From: Moniliella sp. 'wahieum'
Taxonomy: Eukaryota
Assembly (NCBI GenBank): GCA_003971905.1
Contig: RSEE01000022.1
Span: 62,001-126,000, forward strand
Reading direction: 5' to 3'
Length of the DNA stretch: 64,000 nt
Positions 25,819-40,100 of the stretch are shown here, piece by piece. How positions within the stretch are numbered: the first letter of the stretch is position 1; each line of letters starts with the position of its first letter. Made by a program: the position numbers and the translations under genes. The notes beneath the pieces were generated by a model that did not search any database, was not told the DNA's origin, and saw only the letters and a program-made list of their open reading frames with translations.

Positions 25819-28800
25819 CTATACCACCTCCCCTTCCCACGTGACTGTACGCTCATGTTGCGCGTCCCACTTGCGTTCCGTGTCTCTCCGAATCGCGTGC
25901 AGGCCAAAGGCGATCGCAGTGAGCATGACGACATAGGACAGGTCCCCCCAGGCTAAGGGGATGGTCTGGAAGATGGCTTGGAGAGGGGGGAAGTAGATGA
26001 GCGCAAGCAGCACGGCATAGGACACGAGGATCGTGATCGCCATCGCAGTGTTGGCCCAAAGACCCACATGCAATCCACGACATTGGACGGCCGTGATGAG
26101 GTCGAGTGAGACAAGGTAACAAACGTGATGGCCATGTCGCGCTCATTCGGCGTACCATCCGGATCGGCTTCGTGGAGATAAACAAAGAGTGTACCGCCAA
26201 GAATGATGGTAGCAGAAAAGAGGATGTGAAGTCCGACCCGGGCATCCAAGACCGGCTTGCCCTTTGGCCTGGGGGGCTTGCGGAAGACAGATGCGTCGGC
26301 CGGATCGACCCCGAGGGACTGGGCGGGAGGTCCGTCACAGGCAAGGTTGATGAGCAGGACCTGCATCGCATTGAGCGGAAGCGTCATACCCGACATGATT
26401 GAGAGCAGGATGAGAAACAGGGCAGCGATGGACGTGGAGAGTTGGGAAGGAAGGAAGTTCTGGATGTTGCCAAAGATGGACTTGCCCTCCTCGACGGCAT
26501 GGAGGATGGTGACAAAGTTATCATCCACCAGAATCACATCGGCCGCCTCCTTGGCCACATCCGTCCCGCCCCGCCCATGGCAATCCCAATATCAGCCATC
26601 TTGAGAGCGGGCGCATCGTTGACTCCATCTCCAGTCATGGCCACCACCTGCCCAGCCTTTGGAAAGCAGCGACAATGGCCATCTTGTGGCGAGGCGTGGT
26701 ACGCGCAAAGACGCTGATCGAAGGCGCCACCTCGCGCAACTGCTGTTCCGACATTTGTTCCACTTGGCTCCCCGTCATTACACATGGAGGAGAGGCTGGC
26801 AGCAGACGAGGTGGGTGCCGAGTGGTGAAGGATACCCAATTGACGTGCGATGCCCACAGCCGTTGCAGGCGCATCGCCGGTCACCATGACAATCTGCACG
26901 CCCGACCCGACTGCGACAATTCTTCAATCGCCACCTTGACGCCCTTTCGGGGGGGGTCCTGCATGGCAACAAGCCCACAAAAGGTCATGTTGGTCCGCAC
27001 CAACTCGGGACCGCGTCATGGTCAGTCTGGGTAAGCGCAGGCCCTGTGGCAGCCGCCAGGACGCGAAGTCCTTTGGAAGCGAGCTGCTGGGCCGTTTGCT
27101 GAATCTGTTGCAAGAAAACGTCGTTCAAAGGGACCGTCTTGCCCTGCGGGCCTACCACGTGGCTGCATCGCGACAAGACCACCTCGGGTGCCCCCTTGGT
27201 ATAGCCGTGTCATGCTTTTCCCATCCTTCCCCCGCGGCGCCGCCCTCGACGCGACCGACGACCGTCATGTACTTCCAGTTGGTATCAAACGGTACCTCGT
27301 CCGACTGCCGGAACCAACGCCGCCGATCCTCTTGTCCAAACTTCTCCAGCACGTCCACCATGGCCACTTCGGTGGGGAGCCGACCAACACGCCGTGCCGG
27401 TCCGGAGACGCCCGATTGCACAAATTGCCCACCAGTAGGGTCCTCCCCAGTGCACGAGAAAGATGGCCAGAGCGGTGTGCTCGTGGCTCACGCCCTGATC
27501 GAGGGACACCACACCATCCTCCAACGTGTAAAGGGAGACCACGGTCATGTGGTTCTCGGTCAGGGTACCCGTTTGTGTCAGTGCAGATGACCGAGACGCT
27601 ACCGAGAGTCTCCACCGAGAAGACGTTTGACATTGCGTTTTTTGGCTCATCCTCAGCACACCCAAGGCCAGCGTGACGGTAACGACAATGGGGAGGCCTC
27701 GGGGATGGCGGCGACAGCCAGCGAAATCGCAATGGTGGCCAGTTCGAGGAGAGGAGCGGCGCTGAACAGCGCCAACGAGAAGATGACTCCGATCACGCCA
27801 AAGCTGGCCAGCGTTAGCTTCTTGGCCAGATCGTCCATGCTGCGCTGCAGGGGCGTGCGTTTCTCTCAACATGTCCACCATATAAAGACAGCTCCCAATT
27901 CGGTCTCCAGCCCTGTGCCCACCACCACACCACGACATAGCCCGCCTTGACCATGGTACCCATAAAAACCATGTTGTCCTTCGACTGCTCCTTGTCCGAT
28001 GTGTGCTCCACCTGCATCCGCGCCAGGTGGCCTTCAACCTCATCCAGCCCCCCAGGCGGGCGCGACCACATTGGTAGTCTTCTTGCGAGGCGGTAATTTC
28101 CCCAGTCAGCGTCGACTCGTCCACTTCCAGGTGTGAACCGCTGAAACAGGCGAATGTCAGCAGGGACGCGATCGCCCGTAGAAAAAGTGACCACGTCGCC
28201 CGGGACCAGCTCATCGGCCAATACCTTGGCGCCCGGAGCGACACCGACTGGGCTCCGGGGGGAACCAACGGAGCCGCCAGCGGAGCCACACACGGCATTG
28301 GCAGTGGGAAGGAGGCGAGGGGTTGCATGGGCGGAGGCGTAGGGCGGAGGAGAGTGACAAAATGGGGGAACGAGACTGTTGAGCGCATCCAACGATTTTT
28401 CCGACCGCTGTTCTTGCACCCACCCCACTGTCACCACAATCGCAATGGCCGTGTGATGCTCAGCATCGTCCCGTCCCCAATCGAAAGCTCACCACGGCCG
28501 ATCCGAGCAAGAGGAGAATCATCGGTTCGCTCAGCTGCTCAATCAGCTTGTCCAGTGGCGACTCGCGCTCGCGCCGGCAAACGCATTGCGGCCACTGGTG
28601 GCTCTTGTGGCGACCTCCTCGGGCGTAAGCCACTGCTCGAGATGAGCAAAACGAACGCCAGGCTCGGAGGGGGACGGGGGAACGGGATGCAGTCCTGGTG
28701 ACGGCCGCGTCGGACCCCAGCTCGGTGGGAAGACCGAGACGACAGAGCGTGTCACGGTCAGATGGCAAAGATGGTGGCGGGGGTGGCGAGGGGGGGGTGG

Positions 28801-29067
28801 GGGGGCCGAGGGCCCGCGGCGACGCGGCCTCATCTCCATCTCGTCGGGCGTGTAGAGCGGAAGGCTGGCCCCGTGCGGGATGGGCAGCGGGCGCAGCGGC
28901 AGGTAGGGCGCGGCGCGGGCGACCAGGCGGTTGTAGAGCCATAGGCAGTGTACACGATCCGCCCGAGCCGAGCGCGGGGGCGGGTGGAGCAGCGACGGGA
29001 ACGCGCGCCGCTCGCCCAGCACGTCGGACATGGCCACGCCAGTGCCCTCCAGCGACGCCGAGGCCAT
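25819..29067 (-). CDS. PMR1: Golgi Ca2+/Mn2+ P-type ATPase (SPCA/Pmr1); frameshifted
   Basis: [46 protein letters not shown], garbled [48 protein letters not shown]. Confidence 0.94.
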
Positions 29068-29394
29068 GCGGGCGATGGAGCAGGAAGAGGCAGAAGGTGG
29101 TGGCTGCCCACGCGCTGATCGACTGATTCGACGGGCGCCCGCCGCTGATCGCCCGACGACCGGTGACGCCCCGCCACTCGCGCCATGCCGCCCACAGCAC
29201 ACTGCCGCCCTGCCGCCCGGAGGGAGGGGCGCGCACTAGGGTTGTGCTCCACTTGGCCTCCCCTCGGCTCTGTACCCATCCATCTCCCCATCCACCGCCT
29301 CATGGGATACGCCGCCCTCCTCTTCCTACCATCGCGCGGATCGCGCTGCAATGGGAAAGGAAGGCCTGCGGCGGGTATACACTGTCCAAAGAAA

Positions 29395-29479
29395 CGCCCC
29401 ACGTGGGACTCGAACCCACAACCGTGAGATGGATCTCCACCGTAAGAGTCTCAAATTCTACCGATTGAAATAGCGAGGC
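29395..29479 (-). tRNA. tRNA-Lys(CTT) with 12-nt intron (29431-29442)
   Basis: Acceptor GCCTCGC/GTGGGGC; TGAGA-CTCTTA^A-TCTCA anticodon arm; GTGGGTTCGAGTCCCAC T-arm. Confidence 0.9.
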
Positions 29480-29637
29480 GAATGAAATCCAACCCAGGCA
29501 AGCTGTCACGGCCGCCCTCTGCGGTCTTCGAATCGGTGCAATCCGCCCGTGGTTCCGGTTGGTGGTTGGTGCGTGTTTCTACCACCTGGGCAACCGTCTC
29601 GAGTGGCGACACGATCTCCACCACCACCGCACCACGG

Positions 29638-31325
29638 ATGTCTGTTCTGCTAGAGACCTCTCTGGGGGACCTTGTGGTGCGTACGATGACGTTTCCCGGC
29701 GAGTCGATTACGTGCTTTGTGCTGACCTGCTGCTCTGCCTCTCCTTCCCAGATTGACCTCGACACCGAGACGTGCCCCGTGGCCTGCACCAACTTTCTCA
29801 AGCTCGCCAAGGTGTACCAGTACACCCACAATGTCTTCTTTTCGGTCCAGCGTGACTTTTTGGCGCAAACGGGCGACCCCACAGGCACAGGGAAAGGCGG
29901 CAGCAGCATCTGGTCCCAGCTGCCTGCGTCGTCACGAGACAAGACTGCTTCGGCGCTCTTTGCCCCCGAATCGTCCGGTTTGAAGCACGATGCAGTTGGG
30001 GTGGTCTCGATGGCGTGTGTACCCGGCCCCGACGGCACTCGCCTGGCCGGGTCCCAGTTCTTCATCACGCTCGGCACAGACTCGAGCTATTTGGATGAGA
30101 AGCATGCACCGTTTGGAGTGGTGGTGGAAGGCGCCGAACCGGAGGGTACGTTGAGCAAGATCAACCGCGTGTTTGTGGACAAGGAGATGCGGCCATTGCA
30201 GGATGTGGTGATTCGGCATGTCGAAGTACTTGGTACGTTTTGCATGGTGACGTGCTCTTTTTCATGAAAGTGGCTAACCTGCCCCCCCCTTCAGACGATC
30301 CGTTTGACGATCCCGACGGCCTCGTCGTACCTTCACGTCCGCCCACTCCGGTTGGGGAGCCAGGCCCGATCCGGCTGGGCGCCGACGAGGATTTGGATGA
30401 TGCGCGTACGGCCGAGGAGAAGGAGTTGGCGCAGCGTGCGTCGGATGCAAAGGCAGCCGCGTTGACGTTGGAAATTGTGGGGGACTTGCCGTTTGCCGAG
30501 GTGCGGCCGCCAGAAAACATCTTGTTTGTCTGCAAGCTCAACCCTGTCACACGCGGCGAAGACTTGGAGCTGCTGTTCAGTCGGTTTGGCGCAATCCGCA
30601 GTTGTGAGGTGATCCGGGATGCCAAGACGGGCGATAGCCTGCAGTATGCGTTCATCGAGTTTGACCAACGCGACGCTGCCGAGACGGCGTACCTCAAGAT
30701 GCAGAATGTGCTGATTGACGACCGACGGATTTGGGTCGACTTTTCCCAGTCGGTTTCCGGGCTGCACGACCGTTGGCTTCAAGGCCGCCGAAGGCGTGCG
30801 GGCGCCAATGCCGAGCTGCGTGTGGTCGGGGGCCGTGGCGGAGCCGGGAGCAGAGGTGGAAGCGGGAGCGGCAGCCGAGGCGGGGGACACCGTTCCCACT
30901 CACCACCTCGGCGTGAACACCGCGACCGAAGTCGCAGTCCGCCCCCTCGTCGGAGACACGACGAACGGAGGTCGGGGTCGGGGCACTACGACGACCGTCG
31001 GCGGCCAGACGAGCGGCGCGAGTACCGTGACTCGCATGGCAGCAGCCATGACGAAGCCCGTTCTTCGCGATCCCGTGACGAAGCCCGTCCTTCGCGATCC
31101 CGTGACGAAGCCCGTCCTTCGCGATCCGGGGCTCCGAGGAAAGGCATCGGTCCAGCCGATCACGCCATGCCGAGGAGGACGACCGTCGCCATCGCTCCTC
31201 GCGCGGACGGAAGAGGAGCGCGGAGGCACCGCGAGCATCGCCCTCGCTCGGGGCAGGAAAGGGACGAGCGGACCGGGGGAGAGGCGCGCTCCTCAGACCG
31301 CCGCGATGCACGTGATGATCGATGA
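29638..31325 (+). CDS. PPIL4: Peptidyl-prolyl isomerase-like 4 (cyclophilin + RRM + RS/RD tail; PPIL4/Rct1 family), introns 29677-29751 and 30233-30294
   Basis: [84 protein letters not shown]. Confidence 0.95.
31050..31128 (+). repeat. 27-nt coding tandem repeat x3 (DEAR(P/S)SRSR)
   Basis: GACGAAGCCCGT(T/C)CTTCGCGATCC(CGT) three times in the PPIL4 tail. Confidence 0.85.
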
Positions 31326-32232
31326 GCGGGGTTAGGTGTAGCAGTACTCACCGTTGCCTGTCGCATGTGCACGTGTGTTCGGGTGTGCTGGGCCAAAACA
31401 CCAAGAGGACTGGGGATGTGGGGATGGATCGGCGGTTGTGATTGATGAGTGCATTGATGGATGTGCGCCCTCGTCGACACGCGACGGGGCAGCAGGAGAC
31501 AGACGAGGCGGTTGGGAGAGGCAATGGGCGGATGGGGGGATGGACGAGGTCAGGTGTGCTTGCGTCACATGTCACATCACAAGTGATGTCACAGTGTGAC
31601 TAGTGCTAGTGACTAGACACGAGACACCAGAGTCACTTGCGTATAACCCTTTGCTTGAAGCCTGAAGCTTGGAGCTAAGGGTGTCCCAAGCTAGGCCTGC
31701 CCCCACACAGGAGGACACAGAAGAGCAGAGGGTACAATGGGGCACTCGGACACCGCAGCGCCCAATGCGGGCTGCATGGGGGGGCTGCTGCCATCTCAGG
31801 CAGCACGGGAGCGCCAGACGCAACGCAAAGCACCGGCACGCACGCTGCCTGTGTGTGACATGTGATGCAGCCGCGCCTGGCTGCCAGGGTGCCGGGGCGC
31901 CGTGGGCATGGGGGCAGTGGGATGTGACGGGTGGCGTGGCGCGGGCTGCGCGGCGGCTGCAGCGCGGGCAGCGCTGCAAGGGGCTGGCAGGGGCCGGACG
32001 CAGGACATGCAGGGGCAGGACGCAGCAGCGCAGCGCTGGCGCCACGCGCGGCGTGTACACTGGCGCTGTGCCGGTGGGGCGCGGATAAGCTTCGACGAAT
32101 AGCAGCAGCCGCTCGGCCGGTTGTGAGGGCTGCAGCCCCGACAGCACGCCGGTGCGCTCGCTGGCGGGGATGCGCATCCAGCGCATCCGCATGGCCGTCG
32201 CGAGGTCGAGCACGGTGGAGGTGGTCGGTGGG

Positions 32233-32313
32233 CGATGGCGATGGCGATGGCGATGGCGATGGCGATGGCGATGGCGATGGTGATGGTGATGGTGATGGTG
32301 ATGGCGATGGCGA
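32233..32313. repeat. Compound hexamer microsatellite (GGCGAT)n(GGTGAT)n
   Basis: About 13 tandem units. Confidence 0.92.
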
Positions 32314-32833
32314 TACAAATGAATGACATGAATGGAATGGAAATGATGATCCCCATGGCCTTGTTGGATGACAATGTCGATGACCCTCCAGACTCACACC
32401 GAGTGGCGCCCACAGCCCAAAAAAGCCGCATCTGCCTTCTCCCCACCACTCTCTTCTGTGTGGGCGTGCAGCTGCCCGTCTCTGTCCTCCACTCGCCTCT
32501 GCGTTGCGGGCATGCTCGCTGCCGTTGCCGCCACCCCCCTCGCCCCACGCCGACGGCCTGCTCCCTCCGTCGTCGCCCCCTCCGCCAGCACCAGCTCCGA
32601 CTCCCGTCCCTCCTCTCCCTCTCCCACACCCGCGTCGACGCCACCCTCCCTCGACCGTCTCCGCCGTCCCTCGGCCGACGGCGAGCGGCCCTGGGCGCCC
32701 CCGTCACCATCTCCTCCCACTCTCGCGACCGCACCAGCTGGACTGCCGCCGCCGCCGCGCTTGGCGAGCGCCCGCCCGATGGCGCCTCGCAGAATTCCAT
32801 CAGCCACAAGCTCAATTCCTTCGTTCGGGCCAG

Positions 32834-34531
32834 TATGGCCACGGCGCCCGCTTCCAACGCCGTGCGTCCCCTTCCACCTCACCCCCTCTGTCGGCCCCTG
32901 CCGCTCCCAGTACGCCAAGCGCCAACGTCAGCGCCAGCATTGGCATCAACACCCTCCCACCCCTCCACGGACAGCGCCTGTCTCCTCTCATCCACCGCCG
33001 CCGCCGCCGCTGCCGCCGCCCCGGGTCCGTCTCCTTCGCCCGGGCCTCACGCTCGACCCAATGCAGCCGCCATCCTGGCCCAAGCTGCCCTCGCCGCCAA
33101 GCCCAGGCCAGCGGCGCCGACGTACGCCGACGACCCCACGTACTATCCCGTCACCCAGCACGCATGATGCCCACCTCGCCACCTGCCCCGGCCGAGCCCC
33201 CGCTCCCCCGCTCCGCACCCGCTCACTTTTCCCCCCACCCCCGCCCCGTCGACAGCGGGCCAGCCCAAGACGCGCCGCCGACGCGGACAATCTTGCCTGT
33301 ACATGCATCGGCCACGCCAGAGGAAATGTCCCCGTCGGACGATGCCGTTCCTCCTCGCCCCCCACGCGCCAACGCAGTGTCATCTATTCTTCTCCGCCCC
33401 AGTACCACCGGCCCTCTTTTGGGTGGCGCCGAGGCGGCTCCGCTCGCTCTGCGCCTCGAGACGGTGCAGGAACCAGGGGCACCGCTCGGTAGTTCGACGC
33501 AACCCAGTGCGCCCTCCCCCTCTGCATGGTCTGAGGGCCCGGCACGCGCCGCCTCCCCGGGCGCCCGCAACAATCCCTCCGCTCGCCTCCCCCCCGCTCC
33601 AGCGCAGAAGTGAGCCATGTCGCACTGGCTCTCGCCGTACACACCAAAGGAAGTTCGCGCAGCTCGTCGTTATCCTCGTCCTCCATCTCCTCGCCGACCC
33701 GGGGCGATGCGGCAACGGACTTGTCCTACCCTGCCCCCCAGCGCTTCGGCGCGCGCAACCCAGCACCCGGTCCGAACACCAGCACTCTCGTTCCACCTCG
33801 GTCCACCCTGCCACCGAGGCTCATCACCTGCGCAACCGGTCCGCTCTGTCGTCCCATCGGGTCTCGTTAGTCCCAGCCGAGCCGACGAACGTCGCACAGC
33901 GCGTCGTCCAACCACCGCGCCGACCCCAAATCCCCCAGCTTAGCCCGTCGGTCTCTCAACCGAGCCTCGATGCTGCTGCGTCGCTCGGTGGGCAAGGTTC
34001 TGCCCTCGTTTGGGTTGGGAGCGGAAGAGGGTAGCGACGCTCTTGCCCCAGGCAAGGACGCGCCTCCTCCCCCCGCCCCCCGCCTACCGACGGCATGGAG
34101 CTGGTTGAGCTCGCGCGCCCGCCGCCTGCACCGTATGCGGCGCACATGCGGCCCTATCCCAATGGCGACCGCGGTGCGTTAACGGAGCATCCGCGTGCGG
34201 AATGGGCCGAGTGGAACTTGACCCTGCCGGACCTGGTGCGCGGTTCTGGCACCGCTTTTCCTTGGCGCTGCAGCACGAGTCGGAATGGACCGCGGCGCCT
34301 GGTTCTTCTGTGGGGGCAGCTTCGGCTCGGCCGCCAGCGCGCGCGGCGCGGCAGCGGACCAAGAACGTCCCTGTCCCATACTGGCTCGGAACCGAGAAAG
34401 CACGCAACAAGCGCCTCAACCCTCACCCCCTTCTTGCCCTCTTGGTAATTGTCGTGGTGGTCGCCGCCACGTTGGCGGGGACATTGACGCACTCGCATAC
34501 GAGCCACGACGACGCGTCTTCCTCGGGATGA
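32834..34531 (+). CDS. Hypothetical Pro/Ser-rich protein with C-terminal TM anchor; frameshifted, start uncertain
   Basis: Chain of + strand low-complexity ORFs ending in LLALLVIVVVVAATLAGTL..DDASSSG*. Confidence 0.45.
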
Positions 34532-35837
34532 GGGTGCCTTCGTGCTCGTGCGTTCCTTTCGCGCCAGCCTGTCTGCGGCGACGCAAGTTGGCTACGGGGT
34601 TGGATCTCCCTTTGTGTGTTTTGTTCCAGGGAAGGAACATACCCCCTGCCCCCTCGCCTCTCTCTTGTTCCGATCTACCTACCCCCATACCCCGTCTCTC
34701 TTGTTGGCTGTGGTTTATCCCCCCCCTCCCCCCCCCCGGCCCCCCCCCCGTGCCTCCCTCCCTCTGAGAATCTGCTGGAATCCGGATGAAGAGGCTATCT
34801 GTCGCTTCTATCCCTTTGGATCGGATCGGATTGGATCGGATTGGATCGTGCCGTTTCCAGTGCCTAGTCCTAGCCTACGCTCTCGTCCAAAGTGCATCTC
34901 ACATTCCTTTGCGTTGCCCCCTTCAACACCCGATCCTTTGTGTGCAATTGTTCTCGGCGGATGGATCTAGGCTGCGGAGCGCTGAGATAGGGCTCTGTCT
35001 TTCTGTGTAGTGGGGTTCGTTGCCTGCTCTACTCTCACTCTCGTTTGTTGTTTGATGATTGTGTTTGTGTTGCTTTGTTTTGATGCTCTGTTTTGTTTGG
35101 TTTGGATTGGATTGGGTTGGTTTCGGTCGCTCGTTTCTCTGAATGTCGCTCCCTTTCCACAACCGTGGATCCTGCAGTGAAAATCCCACCCCACCTGCGC
35201 ATTCAGCCACGACCACCACCACCACCGTGGAGATAGAGTGCACGATGACTGTTGCGTACTATAGAAGCACACAAGGACTTTCCCGTGCCCTCACATACAC
35301 AGCACATATCCCAGTTGGAACCGCCGCGGGAATACCCATACCCATTGCTTCTCGTCGTGGACGCCCTATGCTCACGGGGCACAATGGCCAGAATGACTGT
35401 CTCATCCCTATACTCTCGCGTCCTCGAGCGCAGGAGCCGTGTTCGCGCTTTAGCCTAATCCCACGGCTTATAATCAAACGAACCCAGACACCTGCTCTTC
35501 ATCCCCAAAGCAGGAGGCTGAATCCAGGCCTGTGCGGTGCCTCTTGCCCGAATGAGAAGGAAACTGGGGGAGGGGGAGCAAGTCCATGGGCGCGGAAGGG
35601 AGAGGAAAGGCGTCGAAAACGTCTCGATCGCTGTCTGTCGTGCCATAGGGCGGAGAAACCCCAGCGGAAAAAAACTGTGCAACTGGCGCCCAAACGGCCC
35701 ATCCTAATGTATGGTCACCCATCGGGGCGCAGGGCGGAACGCGGGTTGAAATACACTGGCGCCGCCAGTCGAGCGACTAGAGCTTGTTGTCTCCACCTCC
35801 GCCTCCTCTCCCTCCCGCCTACCCAACTACCGACCGC

Positions 35838-36702
35838 ATGTCAGCTGCCACCAAGCCCACCCGCACCGTGTCGGTCCGTGAGGCCACACCGGCCGACATC
35901 CCCACCATCCTTGGCTTTGTGCTCGTGCCCCCCCCCCGCGCACGTGTATGCCGTGTCCTGCGCCTGCTGCTAACCACCCAACCCCTTGTGGCCTTCCTTG
36001 TCTTGTCTTCTCTTGTTTTGCCTGGTCGTGGCTTGGGCAGATCAAGGACCTGGCAATCTACGAAAAGGAGCCCGACGCGGCCAAGGCCACCCCCGAACTC
36101 ATCCAGACCAACGTGTTTGACAAGGAATACGCGCATGTCATCTTGGCCGAGCACGAGGGCAAGCCCGTGGGCATGGCGCTGGTACGTTGGATTTGTCGCC
36201 CGTGGCCCGTAGCCTGTGGACTGTGGCCTGTGCTCAACTCGGAATCCAGCCAACTGACCCTCTGCTGCAGTACTTCTTCACCTTCTCTACCTGGACGGGC
36301 AAGCCAAGCCTGTACCTGGAGGACCTTTATGTCGGTGAAAGCGAGCGCAGTACGTCTGCTTCCTCCCCCTCTGCTCTTCCTACGACGTGTGTGGTTGGCG
36401 AGCCGCTGCTGACCTCGTGTGTGTGTGTGTGTGTGTGTGTGTATGTTTTGGTGTTGGTTTTGGTTTTGGGTTTGTCTGTATCGTTGTGCTCAGACCTGGG
36501 GGTGGGCAAGACGCTGTTCCGGCAGCTGGGCAAGATTGCCGAGGCCAAGGACTGCCAGCGGGTGGAATGGTCGGTGCTGACGTGGAATGCGCCCGCGCTG
36601 GCATTTTACGAAAAAGTGCTGGGCGCAACGCGCATGGAGGAGTGGCGCCAAATGCGCCTCGAGACGCAGGGCATCCAGCGCCTCCAGACGCTGGGGCTGT
36701 AA
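35838..36702 (+). CDS. GNAT N-acetyltransferase (diamine/SSAT-like), 4 exons
   Basis: VREATPADIPTILGF|IKDLAIYEKEP..VGMAL|YFFTFSTWTGKPSLYLEDLYV..|LGVGKTLF..VEWSVLTWNAPALAFYEK; (GT)n in intron 3. Confidence 0.92.
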
Positions 36703-37199
36703 CGTATAACGTGTAAAACGTGTAACATGAACTGCGTCCATTCGTGGATCATGCACATGCGCCCGCGAGGCGGAACCGTCCTCACATGTCACACCAAAAT
36801 GCATCGGCACGGCCGTCGCGCTGCCACGCCACCGTGGGGACCGAGGAGGAAAGGCAGACAGAAGACACAGCGCCAGCCGCGGTAGAGGCGGCCAGCGGCA
36901 GACGGCAAGCGGCAGCACCAGCAGACCCATCCCGATGGCTGCGAAGGCACGGGTGCACGGGCCAGGTGGGGGTGCGAGTGAATGTTTCAAGTGGATAATC
37001 AGGGGGTTTTGGGTGCTGCGCTCATCGACACTCAGGCCGCTGCCATAAGTCACTAGTCATCGATCATCTCTGCCACGGTCAGGCGAAAACGAGGCGGGTG
37101 GTGTTTGGGCGCACCAGACAGATCTCTGCGTTGCGGCCCCCTCACCCTCATCTCCCCCACCCCCATCCCTGCCGCCTCCTCGCTCCTGACGCCTGACGC

Positions 37200-40100
37200 A
37201 CCCACGCCTCACCCTGCTGGGAGTCTACGTTGCGGCCGCGATGAGCCTCCCATCTCGCCCCGTTGCTGCGCAAGCGACCGCCAGGCACATGCGCCATGAA
37301 GGGACTGTGCGGCAAGACGAGCTTGTTTGCCCCCGAGCTTCCGTGTGCGGTGGACCAGGTTGCAGCCGAAGAGGTATGTAGTTCTCGTGTGTTTCCCCCC
37401 CTTCTTGATGTGACGTTCGCCGCGCTGACTGAGGGGACCGTGTCGTGCCTACGCCGTCTGGCCAGCCCGACAGTGCGCTGCGCGCGCTGTTGGTGGACGT
37501 GTGTGGCGCCGAGTTTGCCTCGGGCCCCGTGTGCGTGAGCAGGGCCAAGTGGAGACCTTGGCGGGCAACCTGGAGCAAGCTTCGCCTCTCATTTCGTCCT
37601 GTCCGGCCTGCAGCAACAACTTTCGTCAATTTTGGTGCGCGTTTACCTGTTCCCCCTCGCAGGGCCAGTTTCTCACTGTCGCCGAGGCAGGCGATCGAGG
37701 GCCGGGACGCGGTGAAGCGGGTCAACTATTTTGTCTCGGATCAGTTCCGTCAGGGCTTTTACGAGTCGTGCAAGAACGTGCAGTTCGGCGCGACGAATGG
37801 GTTTGCCATGGACCTGATTGGCGGCGGCGCACGTAGTGCCGATGAGTTTCTCGCGTACATGGGGCAGGAACGACCGCTTCTCGGGTCCCCCTTCCCAAAT
37901 CGACTTTCCGCATCACGCACAGCACCTTGTCTCAGCGTTCAACTTGACCACGGCCTTGGCCCAAGCGCCCCCCTCGCCGTTTGACCCCCCAGCGCGTAAC
38001 TGTTCCAGTGGAGATTGGGCTCGCGTTTGTGCCTGTGTGGACTGCCCCGATGTATGTACCTCGCTCCCGGACGTGCCGGCTCCTTCGGAAGAGCAAGAGT
38101 GCAAGTTGTTTGCCTGGCCTTGTACCCAATTGGCAGTGACGATGGTGTACTTTTTCCTTCTCTTTCTCTTCTGGGCTGGGTTCCGCTGGACACGGTCGGG
38201 CACGCGCGCTACCAAGTCTGTGGTACGAAGCGAGCGCGAGCGCGACCGCAGTGCGTCCCCGAGCAGCACGGGCCCTCGCTGCCTCCTCCTCCTTTGAGCC
38301 GGGACGAAACGGAAGACTCTTGCTCCAGTGCGCTTGGCTCCGACGAAGCCGACGGACGATCGAGTGGTCTTGAGCGTCCGAAGCCGGCGCGTGGTTGAAC
38401 CCGCTTCCGTCGCAGCAGCCGGCGGTCGATGCGATTCAGCGCTGGCTCAGCGTGCCATGTACACTGTCGGTCTCGTATCGGCGAGCCACCCATGGTCGAC
38501 CATGGCGGTGGCGTGTGTCTTGCTCGCGGTGGCCAACCTGGGCTGGTTGCAGTTCGCGTCGAGACGGACCCGGTCCGGCTCTGGGTCGCGCCCAACTCGA
38601 CAGCCAAGAATGAAAAGGACTTTTTTGATGCCCACTTTGGTCCGTTTTACAAGACGGAGCAACTGTTTGTCACGGACCAAGCCGCCGCCGGATTTTACCG
38701 CCACACCCGACCCGCTGGAGCCGACAATGCGATCGAAGACTTGCCGCGCGTGCTGACCTGGGAGCGGCTGCAGTGGGGGCCGACGTCGAGGCGGAGATCC
38801 GGGCGCTGCGGGCCGGCCGAACGGGACGAAGTGGGAGCAAGTATGCTTTGCGCCAAGTGGAGCGGGAGGGCGTGTGTGGTGCAAAGCATCCTGGGCTACT
38901 TTTCCGACGACCTCGCCCGAGCGGGCGTGACCAAGCACAACTGGCCCCACATGCTCAACCAGTGCGCCTCGCACCCGGCCGGTGCTTGCCCGCGTTTGGC
39001 CAGCCACTCAAACCCAATCTGGTTCTGGGCGGCATTCCCATCGAAGCGCCGCCCTCGGAAGCGCGCGCGTTGGTTGGCACCTGGGTCTGGCCAACAGTCT
39101 CAACCAGACCACGCTCCACCGCGCCGAAACGTGGGAACGTGCACTGCAGGCGTTCCTGCTCGACTTGTCGGGCAATGTGCCAACGGTACCCTGCGCCATC
39201 CCTTGGCTCGCGCGCCGAGCAGCTGGGCTTGCACGTCTCTTTTAGCACGGGTGTCAGCCTCGAGGAGGAGATCTCCTCTAGCACCAATACCGACACGGGC
39301 ATCGTAGCACTGAGTTACGTTTTGATGCTTTTGTACGCCTCGTTCGCCTTGGGCGGCGGGTACGTGCCCGCGCACACGGTGGATGCAGCGGGCCAGATGG
39401 TGCGCACGACCTGGTGGGGTGACGTCAAGGCGGCGGTATCCTGTCGCCCGGGCGGCATTCGTCTCACGGACGATGCGCTAGACGGGCAGGATGCAGAAGC
39501 GGATGCACGGGCTCGGCTTGTGGCTGTTTCTTGTTCGTTCCAAGGTGATGCTGGGTCTGTTTGGCATCTTGATCGTGCTGGTTGCGATTTCGTCGGCGGT
39601 GGGAATCTGGTCGGCGCTGGGGGTGCAGGTGACGCTGGTGATTGCCGAAGTCATCCCTTTCTCGTGCTTGCCGTCGGCGTCGACAACATTTTCCTTCTCA
39701 GCAACGAGATGGACCGCCAAACACATTGGCCAGTACCAGCAACCCGTACTATGACACGGTGCGGGACGAGGAAGATGCGTGCCAGTTGGGGGGGGAAATG
39801 AGGCGGATGCGACGCAGTCGGGGTACGCACCTGCGGAGCCCATGCCGGCCTACCATCTCTCGGCGGAGGAAAGGGCGGCACGAGCCTTGGCACGCATTGG
39901 ACCGTCGATCGTGTTGAGTGTGTCGATCCAAGTGAGCGCATTCTTGTTGGGCGCACTGGTGCCGATGCCGGCGGTGCGAAACTTTACCCTGTACGCCGCC
40001 GGCAGCATGGCGATTGCCGCCGTGTTGCACTGCAACTGTGTTTGTCGCTGCGCTTGCGCTGGATGCGCGTCGAACCGAGAGTGGGCGGGTGGACTGTTGG

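Noticed and set aside
31572..32397. Poly-His/HR, SP, AI and MA repeat ORFs
   Set aside because: They are translations of the (GGCGAT/GGTGAT)n microsatellite in different frames, with no other coding signal.
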